Both the position numbers and the translations under genes were made by a program. A DNA stretch of 64,000 bases from Pseudodesulfovibrio sp. (GTDB lineage: Bacteria; Desulfobacterota; Desulfovibrionia; Desulfovibrionales; Desulfovibrionaceae). Below the pieces are notes generated by a model. It was not told the origin of the DNA. It saw only the letters and a program-made list of their open reading frames with translations, and searched no databases. Numbering within the stretch: position 1 is the first letter of the stretch; each line of letters begins with the position of its first letter. The stretch is taken from positions 4,592 to 68,591 of the forward strand of contig JAEINO010000013.1 of the NCBI GenBank assembly GCA_016342345.1, in the 5' to 3' direction. Shown in pieces: positions 47,168 through 58,591 of this stretch.

Positions 47168-49681
47168 ATGGAATATCCCATCTGGCATCTGACCACCCTT
47201 GGCGGTGGCTTCTGGATTGCTTTTATTGCCACGATACATGTCTATGTGGCTCATTTTGCAGTGGGCGGTGGACTGTTCCTCGTTCTGACCGAACAGGCAG
47301 CCTACCGTTCGAACAACATTCATCTGCTTGAATATGCCAAGAAGCATACCAGATTTTTCCTGCTTCTGACCATGGCCTTTGGCGCGGTTTCGGGCGTGGC
47401 CATCTGGTTCACGGTTGCGTTGCTGGCACCACAGGCGACCATTACACTCATTCATCAGTTCGTGTTTGGCTGGGCAGCGGAATGGGTCTGCTTTCTGGGC
47501 GAGATAGTCGCACTCATCATCTATTACTATACATGGGAAACCATGAATCGACGTGACCACGTGATCGTGGGCTGGCTCTATTTCGTTTTCGGTTGGTTTT
47601 CACTGTTTCTGATCAACGGCATTGTCGGTTTCATGCTCACTCCGGGCGACTGGCTTCAGACCAAGGACTTCTGGGATGGCTTTTTTAATCCCTCATTCTG
47701 GTCTTCGCTGGTTTTTCGTACCATGTTTTCGGCGGCCTGTGCAGGGCTGTTCGGATTTGTCACTGCCACGCGCATTCAGGATGAAGAAACTCGCATGACT
47801 GTGGTCCGTTCCTGTTCGGCATGGACCATCGCGGGTGTGCTGGCCGTGTTCGCATCCGGGTATTGGTACGTGAATGCCCTGCCGCCCGGGCAGTTCGAGA
47901 TGGTCATGTTCAAGTCCCATCGGGTTATCGGGTTCATGCAGTGGTTCTGGGTGTTCGGCGTGCTGACTCTGCTTGGCGGTCTGGCCCTGGCTTTCAGGAT
48001 GCCCCGGCTTATGAGTTTCCCCTTGGCATTGCTTGTCCTGCTGGCCGGACAAGGGTTGTTCGGCTCCTTTGAATTCATCCGCGAGGCCGGTCGCAAGCCG
48101 TATCTCATATGGGATACCGCCTATTCCAATTCCATTCTCAAATCCCATGTGCCGGTCATCAATCAGCAAGGAGCCATTGCCCGCGCCAAGTGGGCGCCGC
48201 CCGAACTGAAAGGCGGCATAACCGGAGCCAATCGGATGCAGGCCGGGGAGTTCCTTTTTCAACTCGAATGCGCTTCCTGCCATTCCATCGGCGGTCCCAT
48301 GAATGAAATTCGCAAGCGTACCGCCATGTATGATCTCAATGGTCTGGATGCTTTTCTGACTGGCATGGGCAAGCTCAACAAGTACATGCCGCCGTTTGTC
48401 GGGTCTGTTGATGAGCGCAAGGCCCTGGGCGTTTATATTGTCCAGGAATTGAACGGAAAGACAGGGGTTGAAACCGTTGTAATTCCCGTACCGGAGATGG
48501 TCGAGCCAGCCCCGTTTGACCCGGACACTGCCGAGCATGTGCTTGTGGCCTGGGCTGATCAGGGCATGCGGTTTTATGCCCAGTCCGACAAGTGGACCCT
48601 GCTGCCTCCGGGCAACATGATTCGCGCCCAGTTGATCCTGCGCGATGTGGGGCCGGGAGTTGTCATTGATGATGCGGAGATTGCCTATACGATTGAGCCC
48701 GGATTCGAGGGCGACAAGCTCATGGGCATACTCGACAGGCATGGCGAGGCCGGACGCTTTGAGGGCCGCCTCGTGGTTCGACCGTACATTGATGGGAAGT
48801 TCAATCCGCTGCCAGTTGCCACCCTTGAGGCGCGCAATAATGCAGGAGAGATGCTGGCGACCACCAAGCTTGCGGTTCCTACTAGTGACCAGATGGGGTG
48901 CCGTAATTGCCATGGCGGTGAGTGGGCGCAAGATGGCTCGGGAGTTGCCACTTCGACCGTTGAAAACATTCTGGCCGTGCATGATCGCATGAACAACACC
49001 AATCACGTGGAGCGTTCCGAAAAAGGTTCGATTCTCTGTGTGGAATGCCATGATGATCCGGCGCAGAATGCCGTTGGCTCGGGCAATCGGCCCAATCTGT
49101 CTGCAGCCATACATGGTGTGCATGCCGTGTTCATGGCCGGGCGTGACGCTGAGGAGTCCTGTCTCATGTGTCATCCGCGCAATACCTTGCGCGGGTCGCA
49201 TGGTGAAATCGACCTGACATGCAACAATTGTCACGGCATGATCGAGGATCATGCCATTTCCCTGCTCAAGGGTGAAAAGGCAAAGGGCAAAGACGGCGTG
49301 GACAAGCTGCTGGCTGTCATTATTCCGCGCACAATGGGGACGCAGGAAGCTATCAATCCACGTACCCCTTGGGAAAATGAGCCGGATTGCCTGACCTGCC
49401 ATGTGGATTTTGCGGCCCCTGATACTGATAACGCCTTTAACACGTGGGTGGAAGATCCCAAGCAGCTGTATTCCGCGCGGCGTGATGAAATGGGCGCGGT
49501 CGGTTGTGCGGCCTGCCACGGAAGTCCTCATGCCACGTATCCGGTCGGTGATCGCGACAATGTCCAGCCGCTTCAGTATATGGATACTGCCCGTACATTG
49601 GGTGCGAACGGGGCGTGCACTGTTTGCCATGTGGAAAGCATGCAGGATGCCGTGCATCATCCAGGGATGGGGTTGGAATAA
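47168..49681 (+). CDS. Cytochrome bd subunit I-like domain fused to multiheme cytochrome c (8 CxxCH)
   Basis: IHVYVAH, AEWVCFLGE, EFIREAGRKPY in the membrane part; CASCH, CRNCH, CVECH, CLMCH, CNNCH, CLTCH, CAACH, CTVCH. Confidence 0.85.
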   Translation: MEYPIWHLTTLGGGFWIAFIATIHVYVAHFAVGGGLFLVLTEQAAYRSNNIHLLEYAKKHTRFFLLLTMAFGAVSGVAIWFTVALLAPQATITLIHQFVFGWAAEWVCFLGEIVALIIYYYTWETMNRRDHVIVGWLYFVFGWFSLFLINGIVGFMLTPGDWLQTKDFWDGFFNPSFWSSLVFRTMFSAACAGLFGFVTATRIQDEETRMTVVRSCSAWTIAGVLAVFASGYWYVNALPPGQFEMVMFKSHRVIGFMQWFWVFGVLTLLGGLALAFRMPRLMSFPLALLVLLAGQGLFGSFEFIREAGRKPYLIWDTAYSNSILKSHVPVINQQGAIARAKWAPPELKGGITGANRMQAGEFLFQLECASCHSIGGPMNEIRKRTAMYDLNGLDAFLTGMGKLNKYMPPFVGSVDERKALGVYIVQELNGKTGVETVVIPVPEMVEPAPFDPDTAEHVLVAWADQGMRFYAQSDKWTLLPPGNMIRAQLILRDVGPGVVIDDAEIAYTIEPGFEGDKLMGILDRHGEAGRFEGRLVVRPYIDGKFNPLPVATLEARNNAGEMLATTKLAVPTSDQMGCRNCHGGEWAQDGSGVATSTVENILAVHDRMNNTNHVERSEKGSILCVECHDDPAQNAVGSGNRPNLSAAIHGVHAVFMAGRDAEESCLMCHPRNTLRGSHGEIDLTCNNCHGMIEDHAISLLKGEKAKGKDGVDKLLAVIIPRTMGTQEAINPRTPWENEPDCLTCHVDFAAPDTDNAFNTWVEDPKQLYSARRDEMGAVGCAACHGSPHATYPVGDRDNVQPLQYMDTARTLGANGACTVCHVESMQDAVHHPGMGLE

Positions 49682-49734
49682 CCCATTTTGTTTATGAACG
49701 GGATTTAACCAAAAATATCATCCGGGAAGCGAAC

Positions 49735-50154
49735 ATGGAAAGCGTGAATATAAAAGAGGTTATCGAACGGGAGATTCCCTTTGATCTTTTTCTCGGACTC
49801 AAAGTGGAGAAGATCGAAAAGGGCTTTGCCCGCTTGAGATTGCCCTACCGGCCCGAGTTCATCGGAGACCCTCGGCGACCTGCACTGCATGGCGGCGTGG
49901 TGTCGATGCTTATCGATACCTGTGGCGGAACCGCTGTCTGGGCATCGGGTAATACGCGGGATCGGGTGGCGACAATCGATATACGGGTGGATTATTTGAG
50001 ACCGGCACCGCCAGAGGATCTTGTGGCCGAGGGACGGATCAAGTTGCTCGGAAACAGGGTGGGGAATACGCAGGTTATCGTGTTTCCTGCTTCGGACCCG
50101 GAAATGATAGTGGCCGAGGGGCGGGCTGTGTATAATATAAGGAAGCACACTTGA
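49735..50154 (+). CDS. PaaI-family hotdog-fold thioesterase
   Basis: LHGGVVSMLIDTCGG, TIDIRVDYLRPA. Confidence 0.9.
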   Translation: MESVNIKEVIEREIPFDLFLGLKVEKIEKGFARLRLPYRPEFIGDPRRPALHGGVVSMLIDTCGGTAVWASGNTRDRVATIDIRVDYLRPAPPEDLVAEGRIKLLGNRVGNTQVIVFPASDPEMIVAEGRAVYNIRKHT

Positions 50155-50171
50155 GATTGTTTGGTTTTTTT

Positions 50172-51259
50172 TGATGAAGATTGAAGAATAAAGAAAAAAG
50201 ATAAGATGCCTAAAGGCAACCCTCCCGGTGGGGTCCGTTTTTTTGTTGGCCCAAAAAAAGGGACGAAAAAAAGGGCCTTTTAGTATCTTTGCCGCTGCCT
50301 TCCATGGCTGAGAATCTGATCAAAGCGGGTCGGCTCCATGCCATGAAAAGTCTGGGCTGCACCTTTTCGTACTGTTGCCCTTTAACAATGCCCTTCTGAT
50401 GCCGACAAGAAAGCCGCCTCTTCCACTTTGTCAGCTTCTAGGCCTTTGGAGGCTTAACGCTGGGGCGTACGAACTGGTGTTGGAGTTTTGAAATCCAAAA
50501 GGCTGGTCAAACAAGCGGTCCTAAAGCCTTCATATCTATCCCAACCACACCATATTCAGTATTTCTTACAACGACGACCAATGAGAGCAGGGGCTTAGAG
50601 CCGGTTGACACGTGAAGTGTAGGCCGGAAAGCGTTCGGGTACCGGATATCTTGAAGGGCAGTGGAGCGTGTTAGCGGCTCTTAGCCATCGCGGATGGATC
50701 ACAGCGCTAAAAAAGCGATTTTTGCTTACTTTTGGTCGCTTTGGCCCAAAAGTAAGTCGTGCCGGAGGTGCGAAACTCTATGTTTGCTCTTTATCGCAGC
50801 TGCAGGCTGCATCCCATTTGGTCTTTATCTCATATTCTGAGATGAAGAGATAAGATGCCTAAAGGCAGCCCTCCTGGCGGGGTCCGTTTTTTTGTTGGCC
50901 CAAAAAAAGGGACGAAAAAAAGGGCCTTGCATTATCTTGGCCGCTGCCTTCCATGGCTGAGAATCTGATCAAAGCGGGTCGGCTCCATCCCATGAAAAGT
51001 CTAGGCTGCGCCTTTCCGTACCGTTGCGCTTTAACAATGCCCTTCTGATCCCGACAAGAAAGCCGCCTCTTCCACTTTGTCAGCTTCTAGGCCTTTGGAG
51101 GCTTAACGCTGGAGGGAGGCGATTTGGCATCCGTGTTTTGAAATCCAAAAGGCTGGCAAAAACAAGCGGTTCCAATGCCTTCATATCTATCCCAACCACA
51201 CCAAAATTAGCATTTCTTACAACGACGACCAATGAGAGCAGGGGTTTAGAGTAGGTTGA
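50172..51259. repeat. Family C locus 2: one full 649-bp unit plus a 3'-truncated ~405-bp unit
   Basis: AGATGCCTAAAGGCA at 50204 and 50853; colinear with the 12368 unit; second copy loses similarity after GGTTGA at about 51259. Confidence 0.93.
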
Positions 51260-51373
51260 TCGGGTGACGGACTTGGCCAGTGGATGTGCATTTCGTGAAT
51301 TTTGTCCTTTTTCCAATGCACGGACAGGGCCAGGGGGGGGCGGCGACAACATATTCGATTCTGTCGACTCCGG

Positions 51374-52357
51374 TCATGGAATATTTCCTGTGTAGTGTGG
51401 GGAAAACCAGTCGGGCGGACCTGATTCGGCTCCGTTTTTTTTGCCTTGCCAGATGTCATTGGCTTTGAAATGGCTGCGGATGGAATTGTGCATGGCACGC
51501 ATGTTTGCGGCCCAGTCCGGGGCAATGAGTTCATCCTTGAGCGGGTTGCCGTTGAGGCGGTGGATGACCGTGGTGGTATTGAGGTGCATGATAGCCTCGG
51601 AAAGATGGCTCAGGAATTCAGGCTGGGTGAGTGGGGTATATGTGTTGTTCTCATAGAGTTGGGCAAGTCCGGTGCCACGGCAGACGTAAAGATTGTGGAA
51701 TTTTATGCCGTGGACGGGCAATTGGTTGACGAAATCGACTGAGGCCAGTAGCTCGGCCTGTCCTTCCCGTCCATGAGGTGTAGGCAACCCGGCGATGATA
51801 TGAGCCACCACTTTGAGACCTCGTTCGGCTGCTGCCCGTGTCGCTTTGGCAAAGGCCTGGGCATCGTGACCCCGGTTGATGTGAGTCAGGGTTTCATTGC
51901 AGGCGGATTGCAGGCCCAGTTCGAGGACAACCTCGCGCAAGCCCAGTTCCTGTTGTTGGGCACTCAGGAGATCGAGTTTTTCTTCATCCAGGCAGTCGGG
52001 ACGTGTGCCGAGGCTGAGGGATGTCAGACCGGGTAATCCTTTCAGGCTTGATATGACCCGGGCCAGCTTTTCGATGGGGCCGTGCGTGTTGGAATAGGAC
52101 TGGAGGTAGGCGGTGAAAAGCTCCAGTTTGTGATTTTTGTTATGAATATCGTGCCAGAACTGCCATTGCTCGGCAATGGTCAACCCTCTTTCCCGCAGGC
52201 CTGAGCCTGAGCCGTTCGGGTTGCAGAAAATGCATCCCTGGCGTGACAGGGTGCCGTCTCTGTTGGGGCAGGAGAAGCCTGCGTCGAGCGGTATTTTCTG
52301 GACGCGCTGGCCGAAGCTTTGGCGTGTGTATGACGAAAGGGCGTAAGTGCGATGCAT
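51374..52357 (-). CDS. TIGR01212 (YhcC-like) radical SAM protein
   Basis: KIPLDAGFSCPNRDG...GCIFC, GTRPDC, LELGLQS, INRGH. Confidence 0.9.
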   Translation of the reverse strand: MHRTYALSSYTRQSFGQRVQKIPLDAGFSCPNRDGTLSRQGCIFCNPNGSGSGLRERGLTIAEQWQFWHDIHNKNHKLELFTAYLQSYSNTHGPIEKLARVISSLKGLPGLTSLSLGTRPDCLDEEKLDLLSAQQQELGLREVVLELGLQSACNETLTHINRGHDAQAFAKATRAAAERGLKVVAHIIAGLPTPHGREGQAELLASVDFVNQLPVHGIKFHNLYVCRGTGLAQLYENNTYTPLTQPEFLSHLSEAIMHLNTTTVIHRLNGNPLKDELIAPDWAANMRAMHNSIRSHFKANDIWQGKKNGAESGPPDWFSPHYTGNIP

Positions 52358-52534
52358 TTTTTTTTAAAAAAAGTTTAGAAAATGTGTTTAAATAGCTCTC
52401 AGCGTATTGCCTGACTTGGTTTTATTTGGTAAGAATCCCTGACTGAAAAAGTACGCTAGCGCACATCCGAGGCATTGGGAAGTGCTTCCAACGCATAAGA
52501 TTTTGACATGAATTTCGAATGGAACGGGGGTTAA

Positions 52535-53578
<1,044 letters not shown>

Positions 53579-53729
53579 TCTGTTAGCCTTGTAAAAGCAT
53601 ACTCTGTTCGAGAAAAATCGGTTGGTGTCAAGTCGTTGCGTTTTATGCGTAGGGCTTCCTTTGCTCCGGGTACCTTGTATCTCCGGCAATTTTCCTCGTG
53701 AAACATGCAGATCAGGTGGTAGCCAAAGC

Positions 53730-54605
53730 GTGAAAAAGCCCAAGAAGATCGCCATAGTGATCGTGGTAGGGCTCTTCGTGTACCTGAGTATGTACACGTG
53801 GAACTTGCGCACCGGATATCTGGATGCACTTTCTAGCTATACAGGACTCGATGTTTCCGGCCTTATCCTTCGTCCTGGAATATGGGTGAGTGATAAGGTC
53901 TCCGGGTTTTGGGGACGCTATATCTATCTCGTCGGCCTCAAGCAGGAGAACGACATCCTGCGAGAGGAAGTCGCCGAACATCGTCGTAATGCCATGTTCC
54001 TGAATGCCGAGGCCCGTTCCGCTGAACGGCTGGAACGACTGCTTGGCTTTGAAGCGCCAACCCGATGGGGATTTTCCGGTGCACGCGTCATTGCCCACCG
54101 CATGGGCCCATCCGGTTCTCTGGATACTCTGACGGTGGACAAGGGGAGCTCGGCGGGCGTGGGGAATGATACGCCTGTGGTCAGTCCTGATGGCATCGTT
54201 GGTCGTGTCCTGCAAGCTGGCACCTCGGCTTCGTCAGTCCTGTTACTGACTGATTCCAATAGTCGTATCGCTGTTTTCGGCGATCAGAACCGTTCGCCGG
54301 GCATGTTGTCGGGCCAGGGATATGGTCAGCCGCTTCTCGTGCGGTACGTCAACCTGAACGCGGTCATTGATCCGGGCGAGCTGCTCCTGTCGTCCGGGTT
54401 GTCAGGAATTTATCCCAAGGGATTGCCTGTGGCCCGTGTATCCAAGGTCCAGCGGTCTGATATTTCGCTGTTTCTTACGGTTCTGGCCGAGCCGCTTGTG
54501 GACGTGGCCCGACTGGAGGAAGTCCTGATGCTCAGGCCTGATGCCGGGCCTCAGGCTGATCAGACTCCGGTTGGTGAGGAGGTCACAGACGGTGCCATCC
54601 ACTAA
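53730..54605 (+). CDS. mreC: Rod shape-determining protein MreC
   Basis: N-terminal TM, coiled coil, DGIVGRV, SSGLSGIYPKGLPV; GTG start 53730. Confidence 0.92.
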   Translation: MKKPKKIAIVIVVGLFVYLSMYTWNLRTGYLDALSSYTGLDVSGLILRPGIWVSDKVSGFWGRYIYLVGLKQENDILREEVAEHRRNAMFLNAEARSAERLERLLGFEAPTRWGFSGARVIAHRMGPSGSLDTLTVDKGSSAGVGNDTPVVSPDGIVGRVLQAGTSASSVLLLTDSNSRIAVFGDQNRSPGMLSGQGYGQPLLVRYVNLNAVIDPGELLLSSGLSGIYPKGLPVARVSKVQRSDISLFLTVLAEPLVDVARLEEVLMLRPDAGPQADQTPVGEEVTDGAIH

Positions 54606-55077
54606 TACCATCCTCGCCATCCTCTGGTGGGCCTCTTACACGGTTCTCGGAGTCTGGGCGCAGAAGGTGGTTCCCGGCGTGGACTTTCTCGCACCCGGCA
54701 TTGTTCTGTCCATGCAGGAGGAGGCTGGTCATCGTACCCTCTGGCTGGCTCTTGTATGGATACTCCTGCTCGAAGGCATGGGCAGTCTTCCGTTCGGGTA
54801 TGGTGTTGCCTGGTACGGTCTGCTCATCTGCTTCTATTTTATCGGATGCTGGCTGTTCGAGGCCAGAAGCATCCTTTTCATGGGGCTGCTTGGTATCGGG
54901 CTGGGCGTACTGCATCCTGTGCTTGTTTACAGCCTGTCAAATCTGGCCAACCTGACTGTTCCCTTCCGGCCAACCCTTTTGGAGGGTTTGGCACAGGCCG
55001 TTATATTCCCCATCGTCTGGATGGCGGCAGACCAACTTTTCCCAAAGAGATTGAGGCAGGATGTCAAACATTTATGA
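54592..55077 (+). CDS. mreD: MreD-like membrane protein
   Basis: Hydrophobic ~160 aa protein between mreC and mrdA; GAGGAGG RBS before GTG 54592. Confidence 0.7.
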   Translation: MPSTNTILAILWWASYTVLGVWAQKVVPGVDFLAPGIVLSMQEEAGHRTLWLALVWILLLEGMGSLPFGYGVAWYGLLICFYFIGCWLFEARSILFMGLLGIGLGVLHPVLVYSLSNLANLTVPFRPTLLEGLAQAVIFPIVWMAADQLFPKRLRQDVKHL

Positions 55078-56935
55078 CGAAAACAGTCAGCAGCCTCCAC
55101 GTCACGGGCTGATTCTGCTCCAGATTCTTATCCTGGTTCTGTTTTGTCTGTTCGCTGTCCGTCTCTGGTATCTTCAGATTCATCGTGGAGAAGAATACGC
55201 TCGCAAGGCCAAGGAGAATCAGCTTCGCCAGGAAGCCATATTCTCACCGCGTGGCTTGATCCGAGACCGCAACGGAGATCTGCTGGCCGTGAATGAACCG
55301 GCCTATGCTTTGGGCTTGGTTCGGGAGGACTGCCGGGACATAGACAAGACCCTGCATCAGATCGCCATGTGGACCGGACATGATTTCAATGGACTCAAAA
55401 AGCTTTACAGCAAGAATATCAAGCGGGTGAAACCATTTGAGCCATTGATCCTCATACCGGATCTGTCCTTTGACCAACTCGCACTCATTGATGCCAACAA
55501 ACTGCGGTGGCCGGGGATGGAAGTTCAGGTTCGCCCCCGCCGTCAATATCGATACGGCATGCTTCTGGCCCACGTGCTCGGCTATGTGGCTGAGGCAAAT
55601 GAAGAAGAGATGGAGAAAAGGCCTGAATTGGCTCTTGGCGACTATGTGGGCAAGCAGGGACTTGAGTTCATGCTGGAAGATCGCATGAGAGGTACCAAGG
55701 GGCTGGTTCAGTTTGAAGTGGACGTTAATGGGCGCAGGTTGCAGGAGCGTATTCTCAAGCATCCGCAGGCCGGACAGGAGGTGTCGCTTTCCCTTGATCT
55801 CGGGTTGCAGAAGCTGACCATGGACTGGTTGGCCGAGGAAGCGGGCGGGGTGGCGGTCATGGATGCTGACACAGGCCAGCTCCTGGCCCTGGCAACAACA
55901 CCGTCCTATGATTCCAATGATTTTTCTTCGGGGCTGACTCCGGCCCAGTGGGCTAAGCTTAGGGATGATCCACTCCATCCCATGCAGAATCGTGTTATTC
56001 AGTCCGTGTATCCCCCCGGTTCAGTCTTCAAGCCCGTAGTCGCCGGTGCAGGGTTGCATTATGGTGTTATCGATCCCAATGAAACCGTGAATTGCGTAGG
56101 TCAGATCAAGTTGGGGCGTCGTGTTTTTCGCTGTTGGCGCAAAGGTGGACACGGCAAGGTTGATTTTGAAAAGGCGTTGGTCCAGTCCTGTGATGTATAT
56201 TTCTACAAGATGGGCAAGAAACTCACAGTGGACCGCATGAGCGAGTTTGCCCAGGCGTGCGGGTTCGGGCGGCGCACTGACATTCGACTGCCCCATGAAA
56301 AGGCCGGCAACATGCCCACCCGGGAATGGAAGCGTCAGCGGTTTGGTGAAGGTTGGCAGGGCGGTGACAATTTGAATATGGCAATCGGTCAGGGCTATAC
56401 ATTAGTCACCCCGCTTCAGGTTGCCCGATTCTATGCCGGAATAGTCAATGGTGGGAAATTGTACAAGCCGCTTCTGCTCATGGGTGAAAAGCCCGTGGTT
56501 CAGGGAGAGATCCCTCTGGATTCCGAGCAGATAGAGCGTATCAGAAAGGCGTTGATCCAGACCGTTGACAATGATCGGGGCACATGCCGCAGGCTCAGGA
56601 CCAAGGGCGTTGTTGTGGGTGGAAAAACAGGCACGGCCCAGGTGGTCCGTCTCACCGACGAACTCAAGGAACTGGATGACGACGAAATACCCTACAGGTT
56701 TCGGGATCATGCCTGGATAGCCGCCATTGCCGAAAAAGATGGGCGTCGGATTGCCATTGCTGCTCTGGTTGAACACGGACTGCACGGTTCGTCCGGGGCC
56801 GGTCCCGTGGTCAAGGCCGTTATCGACTATCTTTTCCTGAACAAGGTTCGCTACAAGCCGGAGGCCAAGAAGGCCAAGGCCAGGGCGGTTCGTCAACTGT
56901 CGCTGAATCCCATCGGAGGCGTGGATGCCAATTGA
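55061..56935 (+). CDS. mrdA: Penicillin-binding protein 2
   Basis: PRGLIRDRNG, PPGSVFK (SxxK), SCD (SxD), GGKTGT. Confidence 0.95.
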   Translation: MSNIYDENSQQPPRHGLILLQILILVLFCLFAVRLWYLQIHRGEEYARKAKENQLRQEAIFSPRGLIRDRNGDLLAVNEPAYALGLVREDCRDIDKTLHQIAMWTGHDFNGLKKLYSKNIKRVKPFEPLILIPDLSFDQLALIDANKLRWPGMEVQVRPRRQYRYGMLLAHVLGYVAEANEEEMEKRPELALGDYVGKQGLEFMLEDRMRGTKGLVQFEVDVNGRRLQERILKHPQAGQEVSLSLDLGLQKLTMDWLAEEAGGVAVMDADTGQLLALATTPSYDSNDFSSGLTPAQWAKLRDDPLHPMQNRVIQSVYPPGSVFKPVVAGAGLHYGVIDPNETVNCVGQIKLGRRVFRCWRKGGHGKVDFEKALVQSCDVYFYKMGKKLTVDRMSEFAQACGFGRRTDIRLPHEKAGNMPTREWKRQRFGEGWQGGDNLNMAIGQGYTLVTPLQVARFYAGIVNGGKLYKPLLLMGEKPVVQGEIPLDSEQIERIRKALIQTVDNDRGTCRRLRTKGVVVGGKTGTAQVVRLTDELKELDDDEIPYRFRDHAWIAAIAEKDGRRIAIAALVEHGLHGSSGAGPVVKAVIDYLFLNKVRYKPEAKKAKARAVRQLSLNPIGGVDAN

Positions 56936-58037
56936 CCGCAGGTTGCTGCTTTACATCAACTGGCCACTGCTCGGTCTGGCCGTCATTCTTTTTTTCTTTG
57001 GCGTGCTCAATCTTTATTCGGCGAGCGGATATCGGATGGAAGTCGGCATGAACGTGTCATCCTATTACCACAGGCAGCTCTTGTGGGGGCTCATGGGTGT
57101 GTTCGGCATGATCATTTTCATGGCGTTTGATTTTCGACACCTCAAGACAATGGCGTGGCCGTTGTTCTGGATTACGGTCATCCTGCTTGTGGGAGTGATC
57201 TTTGCCGGCAAGACCATCTACGGCGCACGGCGTTGGCTCGATCTCGGCTTCATGAATTTCCAGCCCAGTGAACTGGCCAAGATCGCCATACTCATCGTCG
57301 GGGCGCGCATCCTGTCCAAGGAACGCGAACCCCTTGATTTCATCCGGTTGGGCTATGTGCTCGGCGTGGGGATGATTCTGGCCGGACTGATCATCAAGCA
57401 GCCTGATCTGGGGTCAGGCTTATCGGTCTTGATGATATTGGGTGGCATGATTCTGTTTCGTGGTGTCACTCCCCGCGTGTTCAAGACCGCACTTGTCGCA
57501 ATCCCGGCCCTTTTGCCTGTGTCGTGGTTGTTTCTGCATGACTATCAGAAGCAGCGGATCATGACATTTCTGGACCCAACGACAGACCCGCTTGGGGCCG
57601 GATACCACATCATTCAGTCTGAAATAGCCATTGGCTCAGGAGGCTTCTGGGGCAAGGGCTTCCTCCAGGGAACTCAGTCCCAACTCCGGTTTCTCCCGGA
57701 ACGACATACGGATTTTGCCGTGGCTGTTTTTGGGGAGGAGTGGGGGTTTGTCGGTATCATGTTGCTTTTGTCTTTGTTCTGCATATTTCTTTATCAGATT
57801 GTGATGATTTCCCGTGATGCACGCGGCCTTTTCGGGAGCTATCTGGCGGTGGGCGTGTTCTTCTATTTCTTCTGGCAAATCCTCATAAATACGGGTATGG
57901 TCCTCGGGCTTATGCCAGTGGTGGGCATCCCCTTGCCGTTTATCAGCTATGGGGGTAGTGCTACACTGGTTAATTTTTGCCTCGTCGGGCTTGTGCTAAA
58001 TGTGTCAATGCGTCGTTTTCTGTTCAAACAGGGCTAG
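56925..58037 (+). CDS. rodA: Rod shape-determining protein RodA
   Basis: FQPSELAKI, QPDLGS, LPERHTDF, PFISYGGS. Confidence 0.95.
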   Translation: MPIDRRLLLYINWPLLGLAVILFFFGVLNLYSASGYRMEVGMNVSSYYHRQLLWGLMGVFGMIIFMAFDFRHLKTMAWPLFWITVILLVGVIFAGKTIYGARRWLDLGFMNFQPSELAKIAILIVGARILSKEREPLDFIRLGYVLGVGMILAGLIIKQPDLGSGLSVLMILGGMILFRGVTPRVFKTALVAIPALLPVSWLFLHDYQKQRIMTFLDPTTDPLGAGYHIIQSEIAIGSGGFWGKGFLQGTQSQLRFLPERHTDFAVAVFGEEWGFVGIMLLLSLFCIFLYQIVMISRDARGLFGSYLAVGVFFYFFWQILINTGMVLGLMPVVGIPLPFISYGGSATLVNFCLVGLVLNVSMRRFLFKQG

Positions 58038-58092
58038 CGGTTGACGCGGAACAAGGCCTTTTCTCGTAACCAGTTTGTAGGAGCACGTTTTC

Positions 58093-58467
58093 ATGGCGAG
58101 AGACGAAATCAATGCGTTTTTGGGGGCAGGAACCAATTATCACGGGAAATTGCATTTTCAAGGCGCAGTGCGCATTGATGGAAATTTTCAGGGAGAAGTG
58201 GTGTCCGACGGAACGTTGGTAATCGGTCATGAGGCCGTGGTGGAAGGAGTGATCAAGGTTGGTCAGCTCGTTTTGTCCGGCAACATTCAGGGTGAGGTCG
58301 AAGCAAAGAATAAAGTCGTTTTACACAAGACGGCAAATTTGCAGGGGAATATCAGAACTCCGGTTCTGGTCGTTGAGGAAGGGGCGATTCTGGAAGGGCA
58401 ACTCATGATGGGCAGCCTGGACACCGCCAAGGTCAAGACATCGGAAGGGGAATCAGAACTGTTGTAA
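58093..58467 (+). CDS. Bactofilin (polymer-forming cytoskeletal protein)
   Basis: GKLHFQGAVRIDGNFQGEV... beta-helical repeats. Confidence 0.9.
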   Translation: MARDEINAFLGAGTNYHGKLHFQGAVRIDGNFQGEVVSDGTLVIGHEAVVEGVIKVGQLVLSGNIQGEVEAKNKVVLHKTANLQGNIRTPVLVVEEGAILEGQLMMGSLDTAKVKTSEGESELL

Positions 58468-58515
58468 GCAGGTCTTTCTGGCTCTGTTTCATAGAGTGTC
58501 AACGGCAAAAAGCCT

Positions 58516-58571
58516 TTGACACAACCTCTGAAATTGGGTAATTGCCAATGACTTTGCGCTAAAATTCACAA
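58516..58571 (+). promoter_or_regulatory. Promoter -35 and candidate Rex operator of the atpF'FHAGDC operon
   Basis: TTGACA at 58516-58521; TTGCGCT-AAAA-TTCACAA at 58554-58571 (perfect right half, 3 mismatches left). Confidence 0.5.
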
Positions 58572-58591
58572 CCTCTCTGGGGGCATATGGT

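Noticed and set aside
47693-49660. 655-aa minus-strand ORF
   Set aside because: Antisense shadow of the multiheme cytochrome gene; a codon-bias artefact.
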